The notes under the pieces were generated by a model. The model saw only the letters and a list, made by a program, of their open reading frames with translations. It searched no databases and had not been told where the DNA came from. 64,000 nucleotides of DNA from Candidatus Caldarchaeum sp. (lineage in GTDB: Archaea; Thermoproteota; Nitrososphaeria_A; Caldarchaeales; Caldarchaeaceae), in assembly GCA_038844785.1 (NCBI GenBank), contig JAWBRA010000003.1:5363-69362 (forward strand). Reading direction: 5' to 3'. The position numbers were made by a program, and so were the translations under genes. Below, piece after piece: positions 54,753-64,000 of the stretch. The first letter of the stretch is position 1. Every line of letters starts with the position of its first letter.

Positions 54753-55139
54753 TCAACGCAATATAAGCCTAACTATTGGCTTCCCCGCCTTGCCGACAGA
54801 GATGTAGGGGAGACCTGAGCTCGCCAGTTTTTTCGCCAGCTTTGTGTCGACAGTTATGACCGGCATTTTATGTTCGGCCGCATATTTCTGAAGGGCTTCG
54901 TCCACGTTGTACATGCCATGGAATTGGACGATGTTTGCGTTAATCATTTTCTGTAAAGCCGCTCTTGCAAGCATGCCTTTTTTCCCCCTTTTCGACGCAA
55001 GCGTCCTCAACTCATCAACCACGTTCTCCAAGATCACTGGCTCTACATGTTCGCCCAGCTTCTGCTCAATCAGTTTCAAGTAGTCGCGACCCTTTTCCAA
55101 GCAAAGCAGCAGAAAGCTTGTGTCCAGAAGTGCTTTCAC
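54753..55139 (-). CDS. PIN-domain protein
   Basis: N-terminus ALLDTSFLL, an acidic residue at VVDEL, and a C-terminus ITVDTKL. Conserved position between rpoE and aIF2-gamma. Confidence 0.6.
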   Translation of the reverse strand: MKALLDTSFLLLCLEKGRDYLKLIEQKLGEHVEPVILENVVDELRTLASKRGKKGMLARAALQKMINANIVQFHGMYNVDEALQKYAAEHKMPVITVDTKLAKKLASSGLPYISVGKAGKPIVRLILR

Positions 55140-56396
55140 CTACCTCCCCACGATTTTACCGTAGCCTATGAGCCTCCATCCCGTCCCAACCTTTCGCGAT
55201 ATCGCAACCTTGCTTCCCTCTTCAGCGGCAACAGGTCTTGTAAGTTGAATCTCTATCTTTTCATGTCCTCTTTTTGTTACGACACCGCTTGAAACAGCTG
55301 ATAAAACGTTGACCACTAAAGCCTCTTTCTCAGCTATCTGTTTGACAACAACGTCGCCTTCAACGCCGAGAACTTTCTCAAACAAAACATACTCGAGCGT
55401 TAGGCTGTTCCAAACGGGTGGCAGGGTGCCCGGCGCGCCGGCTACGTTGCCTACAAGCCCGTCGCTTTTCCCTACAGCGGGGTCTAATGTTGTCTCCACC
55501 CCCGTCAAGCCGCCGGGATATGCTTTTTCAACCTTTCTGTTCCCAGCCATCAGGCTTGTGGCGGTTGTGTATATCGGCTCGTAGACTGTTTTGCCTTGTT
55601 TGGTTTTAGCCAAGCCTGGGACGATCTCCAGCTCGTCGCCGACTCTCAGAACTCCTTGGGTTATGGACCCTCCTATAACAGCTCCTTTGATCTGTCTTGC
55701 TGGTGTTCCTGGAATGTTGACGTCGAAAGACCTTAGAATAGGCATCCTAGCTGGTTTTGTGTGATCCCTCGACGGAGTGGGTATGGTCTTTTCGATGGCA
55801 TAGAGGAGTGGTTCTATTCCGATTGAATGCTGGCCAGAGACAGGGATGATAGGTATTGAATTGAATCCGTTTGCCGCCAGATATTTGGTAATCTCTTGAT
55901 AGTTTTCCAAAGCCCGTTCCCGGCTTACTAGGTCTATCTTGTTCTGTGCTATTATCAGGTTTTTTATCCCTAGGATTTTAGCTGCCTGGAGATGTTCGCT
56001 GTCTTGTGGTTGTGGAAACCTTTGGCGTGCGTCGGCGACGAATACAGCCCCGTCGAACAAGGCAGCACCCGACAACATTGTAACCATAAGCGAGTGGTGG
56101 CCGGGACAGTCTATGAAGGAAACAACCCTGACAAACTCGTTTTCAACATTGTGGACGGGGCATTTTTGTGATGAATAATAGTTGTAGGGTTCGCTGCACT
56201 GGGGGCATCGGTATATCGCCGCGTCAGCGTATCCTATTCGGATTGTTATCCCTCTTTTAAGTTCCTCGCTGTGCCTAGCTGTCCAAACCCCTGTTATGCT
56301 TTGGACGACCGTGCTTTTACCGTTGTCCACATGCCCCAAGGTTCCGATGTTTACTTCAGGCTGTTTCGGCAGCGCCATTCTATAAATGACGCTCAA
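55140..56396 (-). CDS. eif2g: translation initiation factor aIF2 gamma subunit
   Basis: NIGTLGHVDNGKST, a zinc knuckle CPQC...C, and DCPGH. Confidence 0.9.
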   Translation of the reverse strand: MSVIYRMALPKQPEVNIGTLGHVDNGKSTVVQSITGVWTARHSEELKRGITIRIGYADAAIYRCPQCSEPYNYYSSQKCPVHNVENEFVRVVSFIDCPGHHSLMVTMLSGAALFDGAVFVADARQRFPQPQDSEHLQAAKILGIKNLIIAQNKIDLVSRERALENYQEITKYLAANGFNSIPIIPVSGQHSIGIEPLLYAIEKTIPTPSRDHTKPARMPILRSFDVNIPGTPARQIKGAVIGGSITQGVLRVGDELEIVPGLAKTKQGKTVYEPIYTTATSLMAGNRKVEKAYPGGLTGVETTLDPAVGKSDGLVGNVAGAPGTLPPVWNSLTLEYVLFEKVLGVEGDVVVKQIAEKEALVVNVLSAVSSGVVTKRGHEKIEIQLTRPVAAEEGSKVAISRKVGTGWRLIGYGKIVGR

Positions 56397-56423
56397 AAGC
56401 TCTTAAAGTGTTTTATCCATCCA

Positions 56424-56834
56424 TCAGACTTCGTCAGGTCTGAAGAATATGGAGCATTCCTTCTCAAAGGATTCTCGGCTGTCGGATGCGTGGATTAAGT
56501 TGTCGGTTATGTCGAGGCCAAAGTCGCCGCGTATCGTGCCTGGTTCGGCTTTCACAGGGTCGGTCGCACCAATCAGCTTTCGAACAACTTGGACGGCCTC
56601 CCTACCTTCCCACACCATCAAAACAACAGGACCGGAGGTAATTGTCTCCACCAACCCCTCGAAGAAAGGCTTGCCTTGGTGAACCTCGTAAAGCCGTTCG
56701 GCCTCCTCTCTGGAGATTATCTTCGTCCTAAGCTGTTTCAGCCGCAACCCTTTTCTCTCAAGCCTTGAAATTATCTCTCCAACCAATCCTCTTGAAACAG
56801 CGCTTGGCTTAAGTATAACAAACGTCTTCTCCAT
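56424..56834 (-). CDS. ndk: nucleoside diphosphate kinase
   Basis: EKTFVILKPSAVSRGLVGEIISRLERKG...NLIHASD. Start taken at the internal ATG. Confidence 0.85.
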   Translation of the reverse strand: MEKTFVILKPSAVSRGLVGEIISRLERKGLRLKQLRTKIISREEAERLYEVHQGKPFFEGLVETITSGPVVLMVWEGREAVQVVRKLIGATDPVKAEPGTIRGDFGLDITDNLIHASDSRESFEKECSIFFRPDEV

Positions 56835-56845
56835 GCGTGAAGACC

Positions 56846-57028
56846 TCATTCACCTGCTTTCGTCCACTTAAGCTTTCTAGGGTCTTTTCTATGCTCAAGC
56901 ATGTAAACCCTGCAGCGTCTGGAGCAAAACCACAGAAGCGTTCCATCGTTTTTTACGTATAGCATTCCCCGGCCATGTATGAACTCTCTGTTGCAGAAGG
57001 AGCATCGATGCACAGTCACCATCTCCAA
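56846..57028 (-). CDS. rpl24e: ribosomal protein L24e
   Basis: CSFCNREFIHGRGMLYVKNDGTLLWFCSRRC. Confidence 0.85.
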   Translation of the reverse strand: MEMVTVHRCSFCNREFIHGRGMLYVKNDGTLLWFCSRRCRVYMLEHRKDPRKLKWTKAGE

Positions 57029-57029
57029 A

Positions 57030-57254
57030 TCACTTTATCTTCTCAGCTTCCCTTTCAACGTCCAACAGCATCAAAATGTCTCCTTCCCTAACCGGTCCTT
57101 TGACGTTTCGAGAGATTACTCTTCCCTCATCCTTCCCCTTTAGTATCCTTACCCGCACCTGGGTAACCTCTCCCGTAACACCTGTCCTCCCTACGATCTG
57201 CTCTACAACCGCTGGAACGGGCTCCTCAACTTTCGGCTGCGGCTTTTGGCTCAT
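57030..57254 (-). CDS. rps28e: ribosomal protein S28e
   Basis: [52 protein letters not shown]. Confidence 0.85.
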   Translation of the reverse strand: MSQKPQPKVEEPVPAVVEQIVGRTGVTGEVTQVRVRILKGKDEGRVISRNVKGPVREGDILMLLDVEREAEKIK

Positions 57255-57267
57255 CTAAACAGCCACC

Positions 57268-57645
57268 TCATCTGCCTGATTTTATCTCGTTTATCTTCTT
57301 AGCTATTTCCTCCAAATAGCCTTTCGCCTCACCAGGGTCCGTTATCGAAACCGAGCTTGCTGGAACAGCTAGTCCAGCGACCTCGCCAAGCTGAGCCTTG
57401 GAGTTGACGAATGTATATGTTATTTTCTTTTCTTCGCAGAGGGTCGGTAGAAAAGCCACTATCTCAGGCGGGTCGACGTCGGTAGCTATGACAACAAACT
57501 TTGCCTGACCCCTTTCGATAGATTTGATGACTTCGTTGACGCCTTTCCTTATTTTTCCTGAGGTTCTAGCCAGCCTTACCGCTTCCAAAGTGGCTTTGAC
57601 AAGCTCTTCAGGTGGTGTGAAGGTTTGGTAGTATGGATTGGGCAT
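57268..57645 (-). CDS. rpl7ae: ribosomal protein L7Ae (K-turn binding)
   Basis: ATLEAVRLARTSGKIRKGVNEVIKSIERGQAKFVVIATDVDPPEIV. Confidence 0.9.
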   Translation of the reverse strand: MPNPYYQTFTPPEELVKATLEAVRLARTSGKIRKGVNEVIKSIERGQAKFVVIATDVDPPEIVAFLPTLCEEKKITYTFVNSKAQLGEVAGLAVPASSVSITDPGEAKGYLEEIAKKINEIKSGR

Positions 57646-57749
57646 GGGCCTTCATCTCCGTCAAGCTCTTTGAAGTCCACAACTTAAAGCTTATTTAATA
57701 AAGCTATTAACAACCGGTGGGACAAGCCTAAATCCATCCACTCCGACAG

Positions 57750-59468
57750 GTGGGCTGGATGGATGTCAGAGAGCTCGCCTATAAATGGGCTTTGAAGAAT
57801 GCAGTTGACCACGGCGGCAAAGCCTCTGTCAACGCAGTCATGTCAAAAGTTCTCGCCACCGATCCAAGTCTCAAAAATAGATTAGCCGAGGTTAAGAAAG
57901 TAGTTGAGGAGGTTGTTGAGGAGGTAAACTCTCTCCCGATAGATAAACAGTCTTCAATGCTTTCCGAGATGTATCCCGAAGTCGTGGCCAAAGTTGTTGC
58001 CGCTACAAAAGCTCTTCCGAAACTTCCTTCAGCTGTTTACGGCAAAGTTGTTACGCGTCTTCCACCCGAGCCCAGCGGCTACATGCACCTAGGTCACGCT
58101 ATAGCAGGGTTGATCAACGAATACTATGCAAGGATGTACGATGGAAAACTTTGGCTCAGGTTTGAAGACACAAATCCTAGGAGGGTTGAGTTGGTGTTTT
58201 ACGAAAGTTTTAGGAGAGGGTATAGATGGCTTGGGATCAGATGGGACTTCGAGAAAAACAACTCCGACGACATGGAGATCTACTATGACTACGCTGGAAA
58301 GCTTCTAGAGAAAGGTCTTCTCTACGCATGTTTTTGCAAGCCTGACGAAATGCATCAGCAGAGGGAGATGATGGCCGGGTGTAAGCATAGGGAACAGGAT
58401 GTGGGGGAGAACGCTAGGGTTTGGGACAAGGTTTTGAGCGGCGCCTACCATGAAGGCGAAGTCGCCTTCAGGCTTAAGGGAGTGCTCGACAGCCAAAACA
58501 CTGCGTTAAGGGACCCAGTCCTATTCAGGGTAGTCGACCACCCACATCCCTTGAAGGGTAGGGGTTATAGGCTCTGGCCTACATATGATTTTGCGGCGGC
58601 AGTCCAAGATGCTTTATGCGGGGTCACCCATGTTTTAAGAAGCAGTGAGTTCGCCTTCCGCGATGAGCTTCAAAACCTGATAAGACAGCATTTAGGTCTT
58701 CCCAACCCTGTCTACGTAGAGTTTGCACGCTTCGAGTTTAAAGGCGTTCCCACCTCAAAAAGGATAATCAGAGGACTCATAGAGAAGGGCTACGTCCACG
58801 GCTGGGACGACCCACGTCTTTCCACAATCGAAGCAGTTAAGCGAAGAGGTTTGCTTCCTGAAACCCTCCGGGAGTTTACCCTCACCTATGCAGGGGTAAC
58901 CTATGCAAAGAAAGAATACGACTGGAGCCTAGTCTACAGCATTAACCGTAAAATTATAGACAAGCAAGCGCGTAGGTTCTTTTTCGTGAAAAACCCTGTG
59001 AAACTTTTTTTGAAAGACTTTCCAGGGGCTAGGGTGGAAATCCCATATCATCCATCACATGACCTGGGCAGTAGAACATTGGACGTAGGCGACACGGTTT
59101 ACATCTCAGACGAAGACGCGGCCGGGCTCAGGAAGGGCGATGTTTTCAGATGCAAGCTGCTGGCGAACGTTAGGGTTATCAATGTTTTGCCGGACATGGT
59201 TGTAGGGGAGACATTTGGAAAAGAGCCTGCGCAAGGCGTTAAGATAATCCAATGGGTTCCAGAGGATTGTTTGAGGGTTAAGGTTTTAAAATATGGGCAG
59301 CTTCTCAGGGATGACGGGTCGTTCAATCCAGAAAGCTTCAAGGAGGTCCACGGATTCGGCGAGAAAAACATAGAGTCGGTGAAGGTTGATGAGGTAGTGC
59401 AGTTTGAGAGGTATGGTTTTTGCCGGCGTGACTCGTCAGAGCTTACGTTTATCTACTGCCATGAGTAA
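57750..59468 (+). CDS. gltX: glutamyl-tRNA synthetase (archaeal class I)
   Basis: VVTRLPPEPSGYMHLGHA (HIGH) and the KMSKS region. Confidence 0.9.
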   Translation: MGWMDVRELAYKWALKNAVDHGGKASVNAVMSKVLATDPSLKNRLAEVKKVVEEVVEEVNSLPIDKQSSMLSEMYPEVVAKVVAATKALPKLPSAVYGKVVTRLPPEPSGYMHLGHAIAGLINEYYARMYDGKLWLRFEDTNPRRVELVFYESFRRGYRWLGIRWDFEKNNSDDMEIYYDYAGKLLEKGLLYACFCKPDEMHQQREMMAGCKHREQDVGENARVWDKVLSGAYHEGEVAFRLKGVLDSQNTALRDPVLFRVVDHPHPLKGRGYRLWPTYDFAAAVQDALCGVTHVLRSSEFAFRDELQNLIRQHLGLPNPVYVEFARFEFKGVPTSKRIIRGLIEKGYVHGWDDPRLSTIEAVKRRGLLPETLREFTLTYAGVTYAKKEYDWSLVYSINRKIIDKQARRFFFVKNPVKLFLKDFPGARVEIPYHPSHDLGSRTLDVGDTVYISDEDAAGLRKGDVFRCKLLANVRVINVLPDMVVGETFGKEPAQGVKIIQWVPEDCLRVKVLKYGQLLRDDGSFNPESFKEVHGFGEKNIESVKVDEVVQFERYGFCRRDSSELTFIYCHE

Positions 59469-60519
59469 TTCTTCCGGAATACCATTCTCGTAGTGGGCCT
59501 AGCAAAACCTTTGGTGCTTTTTTGAGATCTTCAACGGTCCTGCATCCCGTAAGGTACATGGCCGTTTTAAGCTCTGTCGAAAACTGGTTGAGCTTTTCCA
59601 AGACCCTTTTCTCGGATTCGGTAGCCGGCTGAAGCAACGGCCTTGCAAAACCAGCCATCGAGGCGCCTAAGGCTATGGTTTTCGCAGCATCTAGACCGGT
59701 TCGTAAGCCGCCCGAAGCAATTATAGGCTTGTTGGTGACGCTGACGGCTTCTAGAACAGCTGCGGCCGTAGGTATCCCCCACTCTAAAAACACTTCGGCC
59801 AATTTCTTCTTCTCAACATCCCCGATCTCCTCAGCTCTAATCATCTCTATCAGAGTCCAGTTTGTTCCACCGGAGCCCGCCACGTCGAAAGCATCCACGC
59901 CCGATTCTTCGCCTCTCGCCACAACTTCCCGCGACAGACCGCAGCCTATCTCCTTCAAGATTATCGGTATGGATAGCTCCTTTTTAACCTGCGAAACTAT
60001 TTTGAAGAAGTTTTTGAACCTTGCTCGTCCATCTGGCTGGATAAGCTCCTGAAGCGGGTTTACATGTATGAACAGGGCGTCGGCTTCAATCATCTTAACA
60101 GCCTTTAAAGCCATTTCCACCCCGTTTTCCACGAGCTGGGCCGCGCCTATGTTTCCTATGAGAAAGGCGTCAGGCCCTCGATCCCTAGCAACCCTAAAGG
60201 TGTAGGCCGTCTCCGGTTTTACAATTCCCGCCCTCTGGCTGCCGACGCCCATAGGTATTTTAAAAACAGCGGCGGCCTCGCCGAGGTTGCCGTTTATCTT
60301 CTCCGCCTCAGCCGTGCCGCCCGTCATCGATTCTATGATAAAGGGGTGGCTAAACCGCCTGCCCAGGAAAGCGGCTTCCGTCCTCAAGTCGTCAGGGTCT
60401 ATCTCGGGGACAGCTTGATGCACTAGCTCAACATACTCCAGCCAGCTTGTTTTCCTGAACGAAACATCCCTTTCAAGGCTTATTTTGATGTGGTCGCTTT
60501 TACGTGACTCTATACCCAA
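59449..60519 (-). CDS. fni: isopentenyl-diphosphate delta-isomerase type 2 (FMN-dependent)
   Basis: RKSDHIKI...IESMTGG...AASGGLRTGLD motifs. Convergent 20-nt overlap with gltX. Confidence 0.85.
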   Translation of the reverse strand: MGIESRKSDHIKISLERDVSFRKTSWLEYVELVHQAVPEIDPDDLRTEAAFLGRRFSHPFIIESMTGGTAEAEKINGNLGEAAAVFKIPMGVGSQRAGIVKPETAYTFRVARDRGPDAFLIGNIGAAQLVENGVEMALKAVKMIEADALFIHVNPLQELIQPDGRARFKNFFKIVSQVKKELSIPIILKEIGCGLSREVVARGEESGVDAFDVAGSGGTNWTLIEMIRAEEIGDVEKKKLAEVFLEWGIPTAAAVLEAVSVTNKPIIASGGLRTGLDAAKTIALGASMAGFARPLLQPATESEKRVLEKLNQFSTELKTAMYLTGCRTVEDLKKAPKVLLGPLREWYSGRITHGSR

Positions 60520-61302
60520 TTAAGCCACCAACACAGTTCCTACTACCGGCTCCCCTTTTATAGCCGCTTCAACCCTGCCCTCAGCCAAGCCGTTAACGAT
60601 GGTTACCTTAACCCCGGCTCTGACGGCTTGGAAAGCTGTTTCAATTTTGTAAAACATCCCGCCCGTCACGTCCTCGCCCTCAACACCGCTGTAGTAAATT
60701 GTCGCATGCTTCCTGTAGTCCAGTTTGGGGATGAGCTTTCTCTCCTTCGTTGTCCTGTCGTATTCGTAGACTCCGTCGACGTCTGTTGCGAAGACAATTC
60801 GTGAGGCTTTCAACGCTTTCGCCAAGTAAACAGCTATATCGTCCCCTGAGAGAATGGCAAACTTCATCTCTCTGTCAAAGGTTGCGTCACCACAAGTAAC
60901 CGGTATAACCCCTAGGTCTAAGGCAGAAAATATAAGGTTCAGATGGGCTGTTTCGATCACTTCTTTCCTTGTTACAAACAGCATTGACGCTGGAATTCCA
61001 ACAGCCCCAATCCCAGTCTCAATAAGGCATTCGGTCACCATATGATTGAGCGTCTTCACCGATTGAAGCGTCTTTACAAAACCCTCCAGCTGTCTCTGCT
61101 CCCTGAATCCCTCGTTCAAACGATACTGCATGGCTATCGGATGTCCGAACGAGCCTGCTCCATGCACTATGGCTAGGGGTATTGGCCAACAGCGTGCTAC
61201 CTCACGGCTAATCCTTTCCATAACATCTTTTCTGAATACCTTCTCGCCTTTCTTGTCTGTTATGACCGAGCCGCCGATCTTGAGGATCACAAGCCCCTTC
61301 AT
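60520..61302 (-). CDS. ipk: isopentenyl phosphate kinase (amino-acid-kinase fold)
   Basis: VILKIGGSVITDK...AIVHGAGSFGH. Confidence 0.85.
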   Translation of the reverse strand: MKGLVILKIGGSVITDKKGEKVFRKDVMERISREVARCWPIPLAIVHGAGSFGHPIAMQYRLNEGFREQRQLEGFVKTLQSVKTLNHMVTECLIETGIGAVGIPASMLFVTRKEVIETAHLNLIFSALDLGVIPVTCGDATFDREMKFAILSGDDIAVYLAKALKASRIVFATDVDGVYEYDRTTKERKLIPKLDYRKHATIYYSGVEGEDVTGGMFYKIETAFQAVRAGVKVTIVNGLAEGRVEAAIKGEPVVGTVLVA

Positions 61303-62276
61303 ACCTCCTCTCTCACCCCTTTGCAGCCGGTCTCAGTTGTCCAGAAGCTTGGAAAATAGTCGGAAAGGTGTTTTGCTAGTTCATCATCTCCCACGGCTAT
61401 TACGCAGCCTCCTCCGCCAGCTCCAGTTATCTTAGCTCCATAAGCACCTTTCTCCAACAACGTTTCCACAACATTCTCAACAACCATGTTGGAAAGACCT
61501 AAACATTTCAACAGCAAGTGGTTGACAGTCATGAGACGCCCCAACAAGATTAGGTCGTTTGATTTAAGTGCTTCAACAGCTTTTTTGTAAAGCTCAGAGT
61601 ATATCTCGGTTAATTGTTTGAACTCATCCGGCCTTTCTGCTGAAAGGTTCTGGACATAGCTTACCATTTTTGAGGTCTTTCTCTTGATCCCGGTGTAGAC
61701 AATTAATATCTCGGGATGGTTATCGAGTTTAAGATTTTGGTATTTCCCAGGCCCGTTGTAGAGGAGTGTTCCACCTATTGCGGTTATGTGAGAATCTATA
61801 CCAGAGGGCCTTCCATGGAATTCCTTTTCCGCAAGCATGGAATATTGGATGACAGACTCTATGCTCATGTCGATGTCGTAGAGGGCTGCCAGGGCTTTGG
61901 CGAGGGCTACCGAAACAGCTGCAGAAGACCCTAAACCCGCAGCTCCTGGAATTTCAGAATGGATCTCTGCGTTGAAAAATGATGAAATGCCGAAATCCTC
62001 CATTATTTTAGAGGCCATGTTGAAAAGGGGCTGGAAAGGGGTTGCTTTGGAAGGATATGTCTGCTCGCCTTTACTGCTCCACACGGCCCATGTCTGGCCA
62101 GATTTTATCACGAACTTGTCATGACTCGGTGTTAACGTTGCTCTTGCACGCATCTTGATGGCTGTAACTATCGCAGGGTAGCCTGAGACGACAAAGTGTT
62201 CGCCGAACAGTATTACCTTCCCAGGAGCTGAGGCCACGGCCTTTTCCTTCATCGTTGTCCAAGCTCGATTAGGCAT
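61299..62276 (-). CDS. mvk: mevalonate kinase (GHMP family)
   Basis: APGKVILFGEHFVVSGYPAI...IPGAAGLGSSAAVSVALAKAL. Confidence 0.85.
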   Translation of the reverse strand: MPNRAWTTMKEKAVASAPGKVILFGEHFVVSGYPAIVTAIKMRARATLTPSHDKFVIKSGQTWAVWSSKGEQTYPSKATPFQPLFNMASKIMEDFGISSFFNAEIHSEIPGAAGLGSSAAVSVALAKALAALYDIDMSIESVIQYSMLAEKEFHGRPSGIDSHITAIGGTLLYNGPGKYQNLKLDNHPEILIVYTGIKRKTSKMVSYVQNLSAERPDEFKQLTEIYSELYKKAVEALKSNDLILLGRLMTVNHLLLKCLGLSNMVVENVVETLLEKGAYGAKITGAGGGGCVIAVGDDELAKHLSDYFPSFWTTETGCKGVREEV

Positions 62277-63100
62277 GAGGCGTAGCCCACGACAGAATCG
62301 TAGTCGCCGCTCGTGTCACCGCTTGTTGCCTGTTTCAAAACCTTTGCCTCCCTTGCTCCCAACATCTTCGCCGCGGTCAGCAGTGCTGCAACAGCCCCGT
62401 AACCGCACATCGTGATGTCATACTTCTGCATGGTTGAGTAAAGTTCTTCAACGTTGAGCTTGACTATTTTTTCAAGGGCTTTCTTGTCTTTCTCCAAAAC
62501 TTCTTCATGCGGCTCATAATGTGTGAAGTCGGTGGAAGCTATCATCAGTATGTTTCTTCCATCCACAACCTCAGCCACATCTCTGCCGATCCTAACGCAT
62601 GTTTCAAGGCTTTGGTCGTTTATGCATATCGGTACGAAGGAAAAATATTCGTAAATGTACTGGAGGAATGGTAGCTGGACCTCGATGGAATGTTCTCTGG
62701 AATGCGATACCTCGTCGAGGTAGAAAACATCGCTGTGTCCCGCAAGCTGGTTGACCAAGTTTCTGTCTATTGATACTTCACCTAGAGGGGTGAGCCATGA
62801 GCCTTCAGGATATATTGAGACAGCCGTTCCCACGCCGTAATGGTTGGGGCCGAAGATTATGACGCTGTCGGGCTTGCTGTAGGATGTTAAAACCCCGTAT
62901 GCGTGGGCGGCGACAGGCCCCGAATACATGTATCCAGCATGAGGGCAGATAAGAGCTGGGACTCTTAGGTCAGACCATTTGGCGGTAGGTAAAGAGCCGG
63001 GACCCAACGGAGAAGTAAAACAATCCCTTATCTGTTTGAGCAAAGAATTTTTTGTACCCGCGTAGAAAGCTCCAGCAACAGCTGGTCTACGCTTCGGCAT
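62249..63100 (-). CDS. MEMO1-family protein (AmmeMemoRadiSam system protein B)
   Basis: AGAFYAG...ICPHAGYMYSGPVAAHAY...DFTHY motifs. Overlaps the mvk start by 28 nt. Confidence 0.7.
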   Translation of the reverse strand: MPKRRPAVAGAFYAGTKNSLLKQIRDCFTSPLGPGSLPTAKWSDLRVPALICPHAGYMYSGPVAAHAYGVLTSYSKPDSVIIFGPNHYGVGTAVSIYPEGSWLTPLGEVSIDRNLVNQLAGHSDVFYLDEVSHSREHSIEVQLPFLQYIYEYFSFVPICINDQSLETCVRIGRDVAEVVDGRNILMIASTDFTHYEPHEEVLEKDKKALEKIVKLNVEELYSTMQKYDITMCGYGAVAALLTAAKMLGAREAKVLKQATSGDTSGDYDSVVGYASCLIELGQR

Positions 63101-64000
63101 AAGCCCCTCTCACCAGGTTTCTACTCCTTCTTAAATATCTGCCCCTCCCGGGCTTCGCTACAACCTGACCATCCCTCACCACAACCTCGCCCCTCGAGAA
63201 GACAGCCTCTATCCTGCAGTTAACCTCAACATCCTCGTATATAGAATGGTCGATGTTGCTGTGCAGGTTTTCTTTCGTAAGCCTGGTTTTAGCATTCGGG
63301 TCGAGGACGTAGAAGTCGGCGTCGCCGCCAACGGCGATTAAACCTTTCATCGGATAAAGACCGTAGAGCATGGCCGGGTTTCTGGCTGTCACCTCAACCA
63401 TTCTTCCAAGCGTAATTCTATTTTTCAAAACCCCTTCAGAGAATAGAATCATAGCTATCACCTCCGTGCCCGCCACGCCGCCGGGGATGTCGACAAAGAT
63501 TTTGTGTTTCAGCTTGTCAGATGAGTTGAAACAGGCGTGGTCGCTTCCAACGACGGTTATAGCTCCGCTGCCTAGGCCATCCCATAAAGCTTCCCTGTCT
63601 CCGACACCTTTTAAAGGCGGGGACATGGTAAACTTAGCTCCGTCAGGCCTTTTGTAAACTTCGTCTGTGAAAAGCAGGTAGTGTGGGCACGTCTCTGCAT
63701 GCATCTTTACACCGTTGTTTCTTGCTTGGCGAATGAGGTTTAAGCCTGCTCGTGATGAGAGATGCACAACAAGCGTCTCAGCACCCGTTATCTGTGTGAG
63801 AAAAGCCATCCGCTGGACAGCTTCCGCCTCAACAAAATCTGGCCTACTCCAAGCATGATAAATGGGTTCAGTCTTGCCCTCAGAAAGAAAGTTCTCTACA
63901 AGCATGTTGATAAGATGCTCGTTCTCACAGTGAGCTAGGACAAGCACATTATACTCAGCGCACATACGCATTAAACGGTATAATGAGCCATCATCGAGCA
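63087..64000 (-). CDS. cyclic amidohydrolase (dihydroorotase/dihydropyrimidinase family), C-terminal 300 aa; N-terminus lies beyond the window
   Basis: HAETCPHYL, GSDH, and a carboxylated-lysine region. The reading frame stays open to coordinate 64000. Confidence 0.6.
   Translation of the reverse strand, partial: LDDGSLYRLMRMCAEYNVLVLAHCENEHLINMLVENFLSEGKTEPIYHAWSRPDFVEAEAVQRMAFLTQITGAETLVVHLSSRAGLNLIRQARNNGVKMHAETCPHYLLFTDEVYKRPDGAKFTMSPPLKGVGDREALWDGLGSGAITVVGSDHACFNSSDKLKHKIFVDIPGGVAGTEVIAMILFSEGVLKNRITLGRMVEVTARNPAMLYGLYPMKGLIAVGGDADFYVLDPNAKTRLTKENLHSNIDHSIYEDVEVNCRIEAVFSRGEVVVRDGQVVAKPGRGRYLRRSRNLVRGAYAEA

Noticed and set aside
1-64000. CRISPR arrays, rRNA genes, large direct or tandem repeats
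   Set aside because: No spacer-repeat periodicity or rRNA-like stretches. The window is almost entirely protein-coding, with short spacers.

Overview
This is a gene-dense archaeal core-genome window (GC about 56%) with the look of a crenarchaeal/TACK hyperthermophile: TATA/BRE promoters sit about 25 nt upstream of leaderless starts, same-strand stop/start overlaps are common, a tRNA carries a non-canonical intron, Cdv (ESCRT-III/Vps4) division genes are present, and there are many archaeal e-type ribosomal proteins. Almost every base is coding. Contents in order: a partial acyl-CoA dehydrogenase; a membrane protein with a C-terminal zinc ribbon; an Lhr-type helicase; a three-gene operon encoding a half-size SMC-like ATPase, a kleisin (ScpA)-like protein and an ScpB-like double winged-helix protein; cdvC (Vps4) and cdvB; a SufB/D-like protein; a Nudix hydrolase; a HemL-like aminotransferase; glyA; an ABC ATPase / CARDB surface protein / FtsX permease operon; serS; a YjeF_N (Nnr-like) protein; a frameshifted FAH-family gene; tRNA(CAU) with a roughly 30-nt intron; a truncated IS110-like DEDD nuclease ORF; cbf5 interrupted by a 14-nt insertion exactly at its catalytic motif (a candidate mini-intron); L14e / cmk / L34e / DUF106 / secY and a long ribosomal-protein operon running from L22 to L15; PhoU-like, FNR-like, split metE, S13, SDR and tatAC genes; RNase P subunits; L15e, a GTPase, S3Ae, Pcc1, a RecJ/GAN-like DHH protein, S15, ITPase, bud32 and kae1; aIF5B carrying a 161-aa mini-intein in its P-loop; the S6e / S24e / S27ae / DPCK / spt4 / rpoE / PIN / aIF2-gamma / ndk / L24e / S28e / L7Ae cluster; gltX; a mevalonate-pathway cluster (idi2-ipk-mvk) with a MEMO1-like gene; and a partial cyclic amidohydrolase. 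No rRNA genes or CRISPR arrays were seen. The only mobile-like elements are the mini-intein in aIF5B and a truncated IS110-like transposase fragment. Coordinates I derived by hand (rather than taken from the ORF track) may be off by 1-2 nt.
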